This document shows positions 31,288 through 41,794 of a stretch of DNA of 64,000 nucleotides, in pieces. Position 1 is the first letter of the stretch. Every line of letters starts with the position of its first letter. Where the stretch lies: NCBI GenBank assembly GCA_965242695.1, contig CBDESU010000001.1:640001-704000 (forward strand), given 5' to 3'. Origin of the DNA: Cenarchaeum sp. (GTDB taxonomy: Archaea; Thermoproteota; Nitrososphaeria; Nitrososphaerales; Nitrosopumilaceae). The notes beneath the pieces are model-generated. The model was not told the origin of the DNA, ran no database searches, and saw only the letters and a list, made by a program, of their open reading frames with translations. Both the position numbers and the translations under genes were made by a program.

Positions 31288-31440
31288 TCCCCCATAGGCG
31301 GCCGCCGGACGGGCCGCGGGCATGCCCCGCGCATGCCACCCTTGGAGGCGGCATCCGGCAGATCGCCGGGCAATGTGGGCCAAGGCCCCGCCCCCGCGCC
31401 GCCGCTAAGCGACATAAGGGGCGCGGCGCAGGCGCCGCGC

Positions 31441-32612
31441 ATGATGATGAGCCTGGAGCCGGCGGTGGTCAAGTGGATAGTCGACAGCAGCGGCATGGCG
31501 CACGCCGACCTGGCAAAGCGGCTGAAGGTGGATGCGGCAACGCTTGGCGGTTGGATCAAGACCGGCAGGATGGAGTACGGAAAGATCGACGCCATGGCCA
31601 GGTGCGTAAAGAGGCCGACGACCCTGTTCCTTCTCAAGGAGCCGCCCGAGGAAGAGGACATTCCGGACTTCAGGACGATGGGAGGGGCTGCAAGGGGACT
31701 CGGCCCCGAGGATCGGATAACCGTCAGAGGGCCCTCTATGCGCAGTACGTGGCGGGCGACATGATGGGCGTACTCGGGGCAGATCCAGAGCCGGCGATCG
31801 GCGGCGCGGTTGCAGTAGATGACCGACCCGAGGAGATCGCGCAGAGGGAGTCAAAGGCCCTGGGCCTGCCCGGCCGAGGTGGGCGCGCTGCCCGCGGGGG
31901 CGCGCGAGGATTCTACGAATGCCTGCGCGACTCGGTCGAGGGGCGCAACGTGCTTGTCTTCCAGGATGCAATGGATGCCGGCGCCGTGCGCGTAGTCTCG
32001 CTGACCTGCGAGGCGCCGCGCGCAATTCTCGTCAACTCGAGGGGCGCCGACGAGACAAAGGCCCTTGCGTTGCTCCACGGGTACGGCCACGTGCTGCTCG
32101 GGCGGGGCGGGATGTGCAGGGAGCAGGCGGAGGTGAGGCCCGTGCGTACGCGGGATCAAAAAGAGGAGGCGTGGTGCGGCCGCTTTGCCGCCGCCGTGCT
32201 GATGCCGAGGGGCCCGTTCGCGGACGAGCTGGGGCGGCTCGAGGGGGAGCGGCCCGATGCCCGCGCGGCCGTCAAAAGGCTTGCAGAAAAGTTTGGGACG
32301 AGCGGGCATGCGGCGGCGATCAGGGCGGCCAGCGTGCTGGGAGGAGCGCGCGGCCGCGCCTACGAAAAGCTGGCGTGGGAGCTGGCCAACAAGCCTGGCG
32401 CCAGGGCGCCGGCAAGAGCGGGCGGCGGCAGGAGGCGGGGCCTTGCAGGCCACGTGGACGGGTGCATATCGCGGCTAGGCCGCAAGTTCGTCAGGCTCGT
32501 CCTAGAGTCGTACGAGAAAAAGGAGATCACCAGCCACGATTTCATAGAGTACCTGAAGACCGATCTGAAGCACCTCGATGGGTTTCGCCGACGGGTGCGC
32601 ATGGACGGCTGA
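31441..32612 (+). pseudogene. XRE-HTH / ImmA-IrrE (DUF955) metallopeptidase fusion; frameshift near 31727 and HExxH degenerated to HGYGH
   Basis: HTH (ADLAKRLKV..LGGW) and PDFRT in one frame; AILVNS..LLHGYGHVLL..EAWCGRFAAAVLMP in the next frame. Confidence 0.8.
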
Positions 32613-32778
32613 CATCAGCCCTGCGTGCACCTCTTCACAGGTTGGCATCCGGCGCATGCGACTTTGCGCGCGCCTGGCGGTGCCACACAGAAGCGGACGT
32701 GCTGCCGCGATCGCCCGGGCGTGAGCGCGGAGCGTTGAAATACGATGCGGTAAGATGCCGGTTGCATGGCGGACATTA

Positions 32779-32922
32779 GACTCTACGACTCTACGACTCT
32801 ACGACTCTACGACTCTACGACTCTACGACTCTACGACTCTACGACTCTACGACTCTACGACTCTACGACTCTACGACTCTACGACTCTACGACTCTACGA
32901 CTCTACGACTCTACGACTCTAC
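32779..32922. repeat. Perfect 8-bp microsatellite (GACTCTAC)x18
   Basis: 144 bp counted directly. Confidence 0.97.
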
Positions 32923-33042
32923 TATACACCTAGGTCCGCACTGTTCTGACCTCGACACGCTGCCAGCAGGCGACAATCTGGCACAGGGCCGCGGGTGGTC
33001 GAACGTTCGTGACGGCACGAAGCCGCTGGGGGGTGGCCCAGC

Positions 33043-35883
33043 TTGAAGCACGAGCAGGAGTTCAATCACCTGCTCGCCAAAGCGCTACGCTCGGCCAACC
33101 CGGCGTGGCGGCTGTCGCTAAAGGTTGAGGAGAGTAGCACACTCAAGGAGTCTGCCGCAAGTCGCGTCGACATACTGATCACTAGGAACGACGCGCCCCC
33201 TGTTGCCATAGAGACATCGTACCAGCGCGGCGATGCGGACGCCGATGCCGTGGCCCGGCTTGGCTACCACTACAAGAAGACGATGATGGAGATCAGGACG
33301 GCCATCGCAGTCGAGCTGGACGCGTCGTGCCGGCGCTTAGCCAGAATCGACAAAAGGAGGATTTTCAAGTATGCGGTGCACCAAAAGATACCAAGCGGAA
33401 CCAGAAGATTCCCCGCATCGGGATTCTTGCACGGCTCGTACCTAGACTTGGCTCGCCTTGCCGCCTCAGCGCCCACCCCAAAGGAGGATATGGAGAAAGT
33501 GGCGACAGAAGTGGCCGATATTGTAAAGGCCGCCGCCAATTTGCTCAAGGATGCAATCCCTGACGACCAGCTGGAGAACATATCTCGTACAATGTACCAG
33601 CGGTCGGCCCTCACCGGACTCCGTACCACCGCTCTGCTGTGGCTGAATGCCATGCTTGTGCAGAGGATGCTGATGGGGGGAGTTCACAACATACCTCCAC
33701 TGACCACGAATCCGAGCGACTGCGTGAGCGCATGGAAGAGAATTAGGGAGATAAACTGGCGGGCCATATTCGAGCCGGCTATACGGATACTCGACGGGGT
33801 GCGCGACCTCTCCCCCGGCAAGGCTACGATTGCACTGCAGCATCTCAAGAAGGCAGTAGAGATCGTCGAGGGATCTAGGGTGGGGAGCGGCATGAGCATC
33901 GTCGCCGAGCTCTTTCCGCTCCTTGCGGAAGACCGGAAGGAGTCGGCCGCCTTTTACACGCAGGCGCCCGCCGCCGAGTTCCTCGCCGCGATGACCATCC
34001 GCAGGGATGCTGCAAACTGGATGGATCCGAGGTTGTTTGACAAGTTCCGGGTTGTCGACCTGACATGCGGGACCGGCACGCTGCTCCGGTACGCCTACAG
34101 GCAGACGCGAATATACCACGAGCAGGCGGGAGGGAGCGCTAGGACGCTGGAGGCGTTCCACGCGAGGGCCATGGAAAGGGGGCTGTGCGGCGCGGATGTG
34201 TCGCCCATTGCATCGCACATGACGTCGACTAGCTTGGCCGTCATGTCGAAGCAGCCGTATGACAGGACCAACATCGGCTGGGTCGGCGTCGGGAACGGCG
34301 ATCGCACCGGCTCGATCGAGTACATGAAGGCCGCCGCCGTCTCGGATCTGCTCGCCGCCGGGTTCGGCATCTCCGTGGGACAAGGCGGTGATGGCGATGC
34401 AGACGGGTCGACCGGCACATGGTCAGAGGAAGAGTCTCCCATGTCGGTCGTGGCAAAGGACGGCGATGCGTCCGTCGTAATCATGAACCCTCCATACTCG
34501 CGCACGCGCGGAGGCCAGAGTGCGTTTGACATCGCCGGCCTGTCGGATGCCGAGCGCGACGCCTGCCAGAAGCGGTGGGGGAAGCTGATCAGTGGCGAGC
34601 CGTGCAACAAGACTGCGGGCATGGCCGCCACGTTCCTGTGCATGGCGAACAAAAAAGCGATGGCCGGCGGCCGCATAGGCTTTGTCCTCCCGAGAACGGC
34701 CGCGTTTGCCGAGAGCTGGGAAGAGACGCGTGGCATGGTGGAGACATGCTTTGAAGACGTGACCGTGGTGGCAGTTGCCGGCGGGCGGGCGCTTGGTCGG
34801 GATGCCCTGTCCGCGGACGCCAACATGGAGGAGATGTTCCTGATCGCCACGAAGAGGGACAAGCCGGGCAGGGACCACTCACCCGTCAGGTGCGTGACTC
34901 TGCACGAGCCGCTCACGCGCATCGGCGAGGCAGCGGAGGTGGCTAGGGTGGTGCAAGCCGGACCTGACATTGGGGCCATAGTGTTGGGCGGCAGCGAGAT
35001 CGGCATCTCGCACATGTTCCGTACATTGGACGGCGGACCGTGGAGTGCGGTGGGCTCGTCGGGCGATGTACTAGAGCTGATCAAGAACGCTCTGTTATTC
35101 GGCAAGATACTCAATACAGATGGGAGCGTGGCGGGGCGGTTCGAGACCACCACGCTTGGTGAGTTGTTTGACGTTGGTCCCACGCATGATCTCATAGGGC
35201 ATCTCAAAGACAAAGATGAGCGCGGTGCATTCACATTCACGCCTGTTACTGGCGCAATCGATGCGGTGGGCATGTACAGGTCGCTCTGGGCAGTTGACCG
35301 GAGAAAACAGAGATTCCTTGTGGTTGAGCCTACCCACAAGGGATCCGAGTACAACAAGGCCAAGTCCTCTAGCATGTGGGAGCGCCGCGCTACGCTATTT
35401 TATCAGCGAAATATGCGCTGGACAACGCAGTCCATACTGTCAGCTATGACGCACAACGCTGTTATGGGAGGCAGTGCGTGGACTGGTTTGGTCCATTCAG
35501 ACAAGCGTATCTTGAAGGCGTTTGCACTGTGGGCCAATTCAATATACGGCATCATCACATACTGGGCTACGGGGCAGCGCACGCAGCAAGGGCGTTCTCG
35601 AATGCAAATTAGGGCCATCTGTGGAACACGCTGTCCAGGGTTTGACGGGTTTGACGATGTTGTCCTTGACAGAGCGGCGTTGAATTTCGCCGGTATTGCA
35701 AAAGCCACCGTTCAGCTTCGGCCAGCATGCTTGGCGGAAAATGATGCAGTACGGACCATGATCAACATGGCCGTGTCGGACATGCTCGGCGTTCCCGAGT
35801 ATGATCATGAGATGCTTACGCGCCTGTGGTGTTCCGAACCTAGCGTACAAAAGTCGCCGAAGAAGAAGCGCTGCAAGGATTGA
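33043..35883 (+). CDS. Type IIG-like fused restriction endonuclease / amino-methyltransferase
   Basis: N-terminal PD-(D/E)xK-like RVDILI..VAIETS; FYT; motif I DLTCGTGTLL; motif IV NPPY; C-terminal putative TRD with lower GC. Confidence 0.85.
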   Translation: MKHEQEFNHLLAKALRSANPAWRLSLKVEESSTLKESAASRVDILITRNDAPPVAIETSYQRGDADADAVARLGYHYKKTMMEIRTAIAVELDASCRRLARIDKRRIFKYAVHQKIPSGTRRFPASGFLHGSYLDLARLAASAPTPKEDMEKVATEVADIVKAAANLLKDAIPDDQLENISRTMYQRSALTGLRTTALLWLNAMLVQRMLMGGVHNIPPLTTNPSDCVSAWKRIREINWRAIFEPAIRILDGVRDLSPGKATIALQHLKKAVEIVEGSRVGSGMSIVAELFPLLAEDRKESAAFYTQAPAAEFLAAMTIRRDAANWMDPRLFDKFRVVDLTCGTGTLLRYAYRQTRIYHEQAGGSARTLEAFHARAMERGLCGADVSPIASHMTSTSLAVMSKQPYDRTNIGWVGVGNGDRTGSIEYMKAAAVSDLLAAGFGISVGQGGDGDADGSTGTWSEEESPMSVVAKDGDASVVIMNPPYSRTRGGQSAFDIAGLSDAERDACQKRWGKLISGEPCNKTAGMAATFLCMANKKAMAGGRIGFVLPRTAAFAESWEETRGMVETCFEDVTVVAVAGGRALGRDALSADANMEEMFLIATKRDKPGRDHSPVRCVTLHEPLTRIGEAAEVARVVQAGPDIGAIVLGGSEIGISHMFRTLDGGPWSAVGSSGDVLELIKNALLFGKILNTDGSVAGRFETTTLGELFDVGPTHDLIGHLKDKDERGAFTFTPVTGAIDAVGMYRSLWAVDRRKQRFLVVEPTHKGSEYNKAKSSSMWERRATLFYQRNMRWTTQSILSAMTHNAVMGGSAWTGLVHSDKRILKAFALWANSIYGIITYWATGQRTQQGRSRMQIRAICGTRCPGFDGFDDVVLDRAALNFAGIAKATVQLRPACLAENDAVRTMINMAVSDMLGVPEYDHEMLTRLWCSEPSVQKSPKKKRCKD

Positions 35884-36185
35884 TTGCATAGCGGTGCATG
35901 GCGTCAGCGGTGCACGGGCAGCGTTCCACCACGTGCCGCAGAACATGCCGATGAATTCACATCACGACATCCGCCTGACGGTGTCGATTACACAGTCCTG
36001 TTCCGATGCAGATCCAGCTGCCGAGCCTGTACCGCCGCATGTCTGCGCTGTGCCTCTTGGATGCAATGTCAAATACCAGGCCCTGCCTAGCGCGCAGGTC
36101 GCACCGGCGCCGGAGCCGGTGCCTAGGCCAAAGCCGGCTCCTCGCGGCACGCCCAAATTATAAGGACGCGCCGCGCCCGCGGGCC

Positions 36186-37250
36186 ATGGGAATCTGGCGG
36201 TACGCCGGCGCGCGCCTTGCCACCATGTTCGGCGTCCTCATGGTCACGCTCCTGCTCACCGTGGCGCTCGTCGGCTCGAACATGGACTCTATACTGCGCC
36301 AGGGCGTCTCGGCGCAGGTGCGCGGCGAGCTCGCCGAGAGCCCTGCCATCGCAGAGTCGTTCTCCACGCCTGCCGAGCTAGACGCGTACGTGCGCGAGCG
36401 CATAGCCGAGCGCGAGGCGGCCCTCGGCCTAGACGAGCCGTGGCACTCGCCGCAGCGCCTCGGCATGTCGATGTACCGCATTGTGGTGCTCGACTTTGGC
36501 CATGCGACGTTCCTCACGAGCGACTCTGGCTCGTCGGACGTGCGCGAGATACTGCTCGAAAAGATGCCGCGCACGATCCTGCTGTTCACGACGGCGACCG
36601 TCGCCATATCGGCCATCGGCGTGCTGCTCGGCGCGCTAGCCGGCAGCAGGGTCGGGTCCAAGACGGACCGGGTCACGTCGGCGTTCGCCGTCGTCGGCTC
36701 TAGCTTTCCGGTGTGGTGGATCGGCATGCTGATGATATTCGCGTTCGCGTTCACGTACCAGGTGTTTCCGGCGCGCGCCACGCCGAGCCTCCCGCCGGGC
36801 GACCCCGGGTACGCCGCGGCCCTGCTCTACCACATGGTCCTCCCGCTGATCACCATCGTGCTGATCGGGTTCGGGTCGTGGGCGTACCTGGTGCGCAACT
36901 TCATGGCCGGCATAATGCAGGAGGACTACATTGCGGCCAAGCGGACGATGGGCGTGCCGGCGCGCCGCATCGTGTACGGCCACGCCCTGCGCAACGCCGC
37001 GCCGCCCATAGTGACCATACTTGCCCTGAGCCTGTCCGGCTCGCTCGGCGGCGCGGTAATTACCGAGGCCGTCTTCGACTGGCCCGGCATGGGGCGCCTG
37101 TACTTTGACGCCATTACGGTGATGGACCTGCCCGTCATTGTCGGCGCCACGTACGTGCTCACGGCGTTCTTCCTTGCGAGCATAGTGACGGCGGACATAC
37201 TGTACGGCTACTTTGACCCGAGGGTGAGGACGGGCGGTGCGGCCCGGTAG
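36186..37250 (+). CDS. dppB: Peptide/nickel ABC transporter permease (DppB/OppB-like)
   Basis: EDYIAAKRTMG..HALRNA, ITEAVFDWPGMG, ILYGYFDPRV; TTATAA upstream. Confidence 0.9.
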   Translation: MGIWRYAGARLATMFGVLMVTLLLTVALVGSNMDSILRQGVSAQVRGELAESPAIAESFSTPAELDAYVRERIAEREAALGLDEPWHSPQRLGMSMYRIVVLDFGHATFLTSDSGSSDVREILLEKMPRTILLFTTATVAISAIGVLLGALAGSRVGSKTDRVTSAFAVVGSSFPVWWIGMLMIFAFAFTYQVFPARATPSLPPGDPGYAAALLYHMVLPLITIVLIGFGSWAYLVRNFMAGIMQEDYIAAKRTMGVPARRIVYGHALRNAAPPIVTILALSLSGSLGGAVITEAVFDWPGMGRLYFDAITVMDLPVIVGATYVLTAFFLASIVTADILYGYFDPRVRTGGAAR

Positions 37251-38670
37251 GACGGGCGGCCCCGCGGCCGCCACCGGCATGCTCGCCGACGTGCGCCGCT
37301 CGCGCGCCGGCATGGCCGGCGTGATCATACTCGCAGGCCTGGTGATCTTGTCGGCCGCCGCCATTGCCGCCGTGCCGATAGACACGCTGCGCGACTGGAA
37401 CAACCCCGACAGGTGGCTGTCGCTGCCGCGCTCTGCCGTCCCGTCGTGGGCCAACTGGCTTGCCGCCGAGCGCATGCCCGAGCACCTTGTACTGGAGGAT
37501 CCGGCGGTGCGATCGGCAGGCGGCCCGCCGGGAGGCGCGACCATATCGGCGCACTCGTTCGCGTTCGAGTACGACTACGACGGCCTCCCGGACGACTTCA
37601 TACTAGAGTACGAGGCCGTATACACCGCGCCGCCGCCCCTGCTCGTCGTCAGCGTCGAGCGGCCCGACGGCATCGCACTGCGGCTCGTCTCCGAGCCGCT
37701 GCCTGCGCACCCGGGCGGGACCGAGCGGCCCGGCGGGGAGGCGCACTCGGGGCGCGTCTTCTCGGCCGACGCGTCCGTCCGCAAGCACGTCGAGCTGCAG
37801 CGCGATACGTTCGCATTCGACGTGCGCGGCATGCCGGCAGAGGCCGTCGTATTCTCGAGGGCCGACTCGCACGGCGTCCTGGGGGGGACGTACGAGGTCA
37901 CGGCGGCCTTGTACGGGGCGGGCGCCGAAGGGGGCGAGCCGCCGCGCCTCGAGTCGTCGCGCCTGATCGTCGGCGGCAAGGCGTACGGCGCGATGGGGAC
38001 CGACGCACTGCGCCGCGACCTTGCCGTCGGGCTCGTATGGGGCACGCCCCTTGCCCTGTTCATCGGCGTCGCCGTCGCCGCCGGCTCGGTCGCCATGGGA
38101 CTCTCGTACGGGGCGTACGCGGGGTACAGGGGCAGGCTCACGGACGAGGCGATGATGAGGGCCAACGATGTCGTGTACGCCCTGCCTGCCCTGCCGTTCC
38201 TCATCATACTCGCCGTTACGGTGAGCAGCAGCATATTCGTCATGATCGGGTTTTTGATGCTCTTCGGGTGGGTCGGCGTGGCAAAGGTGGCCCGCAGCAT
38301 GGCCCTGCAGATCAGGACGGCCGGGTTCGTCGAGGCCTCTAGGATGATGGGGCAGACGGACGCGCGCGTGATGCTCAGGCACGTAATACCGCAGATGCTG
38401 CCCTACGCGTTCGCAAGCGTGGCCATATCGGTGCCGGCGGCGATCACGACCGAGGCGGGACTGAGCTTTCTCGGGCTCGGCGACCCGACGTTCCCGACGT
38501 GGGGGCAGATGCTCCACGATGCGAGCGAGCACGGGGCCGCAGCCCAGGGCATGTGGTGGTGGATCGTCCCGCCGGGCATGATGATCGCGCTGACCGGCCT
38601 GGCGTTCGTGTTCATCGGCAACGCGCTGGACTCTGCGGTCAACCCGCGCCTCAGGCAGGGGCGGGCCTAG
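37237..38670 (+). CDS. dppC: Peptide ABC transporter permease (DppC/OppC-like)
   Basis: MGTD.LRRD, FVEASRMMG, EAGLSFLGLGDP..PTWGQML. Confidence 0.9.
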   Translation: MRPGRTGGPAAATGMLADVRRSRAGMAGVIILAGLVILSAAAIAAVPIDTLRDWNNPDRWLSLPRSAVPSWANWLAAERMPEHLVLEDPAVRSAGGPPGGATISAHSFAFEYDYDGLPDDFILEYEAVYTAPPPLLVVSVERPDGIALRLVSEPLPAHPGGTERPGGEAHSGRVFSADASVRKHVELQRDTFAFDVRGMPAEAVVFSRADSHGVLGGTYEVTAALYGAGAEGGEPPRLESSRLIVGGKAYGAMGTDALRRDLAVGLVWGTPLALFIGVAVAAGSVAMGLSYGAYAGYRGRLTDEAMMRANDVVYALPALPFLIILAVTVSSSIFVMIGFLMLFGWVGVAKVARSMALQIRTAGFVEASRMMGQTDARVMLRHVIPQMLPYAFASVAISVPAAITTEAGLSFLGLGDPTFPTWGQMLHDASEHGAAAQGMWWWIVPPGMMIALTGLAFVFIGNALDSAVNPRLRQGRA

Positions 38671-39047
38671 GGATCGGCATCGGCGGCCGATGCGGCGCAC
38701 CGCCGCGCCGCATCGACTGCCCCGTCGCCGAGCCTGACCGAGTGGACGCCGGGCGGGGGCCCCTCCAGCCCCTCGAATCCCTCCTTTGCGCCCTTGGCGA
38801 ACGCCGCCTTTGCCCGCTCGTGCCCGCTGCCGCCCTCCTCGTCGCTCACGCACAGGCCGAACGGGCGCAGCTGCACGCCGTCCGCCCTGAGCGCCTCGAC
38901 GAACCCCGCGTACCCGGCGGCATCGTCCCAACGGGCGCCCTTCTCGGCGCACGCGCTCACCCACACGTCGACCGTGTTGTGGAAGGCGGCCGAGCGCCGG
39001 AGGGCGTCCAGCGTGGGAGGCTGGGGAGGGGGAGGGGAGGGGGCCAT
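38667..39047 (-). CDS. Hypothetical protein
   Basis: FHNTVDVW..C...W..Y..F; coupled to the upstream ORF. Confidence 0.6.
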   Translation of the reverse strand: MAPSPPPPQPPTLDALRRSAAFHNTVDVWVSACAEKGARWDDAAGYAGFVEALRADGVQLRPFGLCVSDEEGGSGHERAKAAFAKGAKEGFEGLEGPPPGVHSVRLGDGAVDAARRCAASAADADP

Positions 39048-39052
39048 GGCGA

Positions 39053-39406
39053 TCAAAAGTCCGCCCTCTTCATCTTTGATCCGCACCGCGGGCAAGAGCT
39101 GCCCTTGAAGCGGTGGTTGCACACGAGGCACATGTACCGGATGGAGCTGCCGCCCGATCCCATCCCAAAGAACCCTCCGAATCCTCCGCGCCCGGGGCCG
39201 CCGCCGCCCCCACCCAGGCCGCGCCCAGAGTCGCCGTACCCGCGCAGGCGGTTCATGTACTGCCTGCGGATGAGCAGCGGGAGGGCCACGAACAGGGCCA
39301 GCGCCGCGCCTAGCCCCCACGGGAACGGCAGCACGAGCTGCAGCCCGATGCTCACCGCAAGCGAGGCGAACAGGAAGATTAGGTACATCCTGTAGTTGAA
39401 CATCAT
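39053..39406 (-). CDS. Small membrane protein with C-terminal Zn ribbon
   Basis: Two TM helices; CLVC..CPRC; TTATAA box upstream. Confidence 0.75.
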   Translation of the reverse strand: MMFNYRMYLIFLFASLAVSIGLQLVLPFPWGLGAALALFVALPLLIRRQYMNRLRGYGDSGRGLGGGGGGPGRGGFGGFFGMGSGGSSIRYMCLVCNHRFKGSSCPRCGSKMKRADF

Positions 39407-39545
39407 TCGGGGTGTGCCACGGCCCTCGCCTTATAACCCTTGCATGCCGGCCCGCGCGGCGCATGCGATCGCGCCTAGCGCAGGCTCTTTTTTGGGGGCG
39501 AGGGTGGCGCGCGGAGCCGACCGCCGCCGATCCCTGCCGCCGCCA

Positions 39546-40211
39546 TCACGCCCCGCCGCCCCGCTCTTGGCCCCGCCCCGCATTCTCTCCACCAAGCAGG
39601 TCGATCAGCGGCCCGCTCGTCAGCTGAACCCTGATGTGCCCGAACTCGTCGTCGTTGCCCTCGATGTCGGCGAACGCCGCGTCCGACGTGATGATCACGG
39701 AGGCGTTAGCACCCTCGGCGGACGCGTAGTGTATCAGGTCGAACGGCCCGATCCCGCGGTGCCTGTACGTCCGGCTCTTGGCCACGTACACTGCACGCCC
39801 CCTGTGCGTCAGCTCCTTGCCGCACAGGATGACGTAGTCGGAATGGACTTCATCTGCATCTACAATTTCTAGAATACCCTGTTCAATCATGTTGAATATG
39901 ATCCCGATCGCGCGGGCAACGGCCTTGTCCGCATCCGCCTCAACGCTGGCCCGCTCCTCCTCGCTCCCCGACTGGCGCTTGTGCGACATTGTGACCTTCT
40001 TGCGGACGGCCCAGATCAACTCCAGTATGACGGCGTACGTGGTGATCAGGCGGCATCCGCTACGCACAGCCGCATCGAGCACCCTGACCGCATCGGCGTG
40101 GTGGATATCCTCCAAGACCGATGCGGCCACAAACGCGCTGGTCTCGACAAAGGCATCGATGCCGGCAAAGTCGCCAATGTCGACTCCAATGCCATCACTT
40201 GGCGTCGTCAA
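39546..40211 (-). CDS. PIN-domain protein, unit 1 of right array
   Basis: FVETSAFVA..D.HH, ILEL, FDLIH, IITSDAAF. Confidence 0.8.
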   Translation of the reverse strand: MTTPSDGIGVDIGDFAGIDAFVETSAFVAASVLEDIHHADAVRVLDAAVRSGCRLITTYAVILELIWAVRKKVTMSHKRQSGSEEERASVEADADKAVARAIGIIFNMIEQGILEIVDADEVHSDYVILCGKELTHRGRAVYVAKSRTYRHRGIGPFDLIHYASAEGANASVIITSDAAFADIEGNDDEFGHIRVQLTSGPLIDLLGGENAGRGQERGGGA

Positions 40212-40941
40212 TCTTGACCAACTCGTACCCGTCGGGGGGGCAGTTTCCTCTTATCATCGACACCGTCTCGACGGACGACAGCCCGGGACCTAGCTCCCCG
40301 AACAGATCGTCGATGCACTTTGGCTCCGGCGGAAATACCGGATCGTCGCCGATGGCCTTTCTCCACTCGCGTACTGTTTCAATATTCTTCCTCACGACAT
40401 CCCTGCAGACTTTGCCTCTGTGCCGCATGTCGGACTTGGGCAGGCCCGATCCAGGCGGGTCGGCCGCCCTCAGCCTCGCCCGCAGCGCGTCCGCCTTGGC
40501 CCTGAACGCGGCGATTCTTCCCCTCAGCTTCTCCAAGTCGCCGACCGGTTCGCCGTCCCCGCCGCTCCTGTACGACACGGCTGTGTCGTACAGGATCGCC
40601 CTTGCCTCGCGGTACGCCAAGCGGGTGACATGCATCCCCCCGTCCTCAACCGGCCTGTCTACAATGTCGGCCGCGTCGGCAAAGATGTCCTCCAGGAGGG
40701 ATGCCATCCTCATGCCCGTGTGGTATCCGGACCTCGACGACACCTCCCCCATCCGGGCGGCGATTTTGCCGCACTTTTCCATGTCTAGCAGGCCGAGCGG
40801 ATCGATGAGCGACACGAACAGCTCCCTGAACTCGGCCCTGCCGTCAGTTGTCGCCTTTGAAGCTGTTCCTGCGCCGACCCTGCGGCGCCCGCGGCGGGCC
40901 GCCACCTTGACCTTCTGCTTCTGTCCCTGAGCCACCTGCAC
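40195..40941 (-). CDS. PIN-partner protein (putative large antitoxin), unit 1
   Basis: Overlaps the PIN start by 17 nt; VapB-like tail LFGELGPGLSSVETVSMIR; GTG start with TTAATA upstream. Confidence 0.65.
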   Translation of the reverse strand: MQVAQGQKQKVKVAARRGRRRVGAGTASKATTDGRAEFRELFVSLIDPLGLLDMEKCGKIAARMGEVSSRSGYHTGMRMASLLEDIFADAADIVDRPVEDGGMHVTRLAYREARAILYDTAVSYRSGGDGEPVGDLEKLRGRIAAFRAKADALRARLRAADPPGSGLPKSDMRHRGKVCRDVVRKNIETVREWRKAIGDDPVFPPEPKCIDDLFGELGPGLSSVETVSMIRGNCPPDGYELVKIDDAK

Positions 40942-41155
40942 GATTCCGGGGCCACACGCACCCGCTATTAACGATTTGCCCTGCGCCGCTGGCGGCGCGG
41001 GCCGGCCGGCAGGGGCCAGCTGCCCACGCAGCCGCCGCATGCCGGATATGTGCCGGACTGCATGCCGGCCCGCGCGGCCTGCCAACCACACTCGGGCCTT
41101 GCGGGGCGCTTGCGGCCGCCCTGAGGCTGGCCATCAGCGGGGATTAGGAGGGCTG

Positions 41156-41794
41156 TCAGCCGCCGTCCCCGCCGCCGAGCAGGTCGATCAGCGGCCCGCC
41201 CGTCAGCTGCACCCTGATGTGCCCGAACTCGCCGCCGCCGCCCTCGATGTCGGCGAACGCCGCGTCCGACGTGATGATCACGGAGGCGCCCGCGCCCTCG
41301 GCGGACGCGTAGTGTATCAGGTCGAACGACCCGATCCCCCTGTGCCTGCACGCTCGGTTATCGGCGACGTACACCGCGTGACCGCTGTGCACGAGAGCAT
41401 TGCCGCACAGCCCGAAACAGTCGTGCGACTTTCCCTTGGCCACTACGATCTTTAGAACGCCCCGACGGACCATGTTGTATATGATTTTGATCGCGCGGGC
41501 AACGGCAGCATCGGCGCTCGCCTCCACACCCGCACGCTCCTCCTCGCTCCCAGACTGGCGCCTGTGCGACGTTATGACCTTCTTGCGGACGGCCCCGATC
41601 AGCTCCAGTATGACGGCGTACGTGGTGATCCGGCGGCATCCGCTGCGCACCGCCGCATCTAGCACCCTGACCGCATCGGCGTGGTGGATATCCTCCAAGA
41701 CCGATGCGGCCACAAACGCGCTGGTCTCGACACAGACGTCGATGGCGACAAGTGCATCGACGTCGACCTCTATGCCGTCACTTGGCGTCGTCAA
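41156..41794 (-). CDS. PIN-domain protein, unit 2
   Basis: Paralog of 39546..40211. Confidence 0.8.
   Translation of the reverse strand: MTTPSDGIEVDVDALVAIDVCVETSAFVAASVLEDIHHADAVRVLDAAVRSGCRRITTYAVILELIGAVRKKVITSHRRQSGSEEERAGVEASADAAVARAIKIIYNMVRRGVLKIVVAKGKSHDCFGLCGNALVHSGHAVYVADNRACRHRGIGSFDLIHYASAEGAGASVIITSDAAFADIEGGGGEFGHIRVQLTGGPLIDLLGGGDGG

Noticed and set aside
32755-32949. ORF encoding LRLYDSTT repeats
   Set aside because: Translation artefact of the 8-bp microsatellite.
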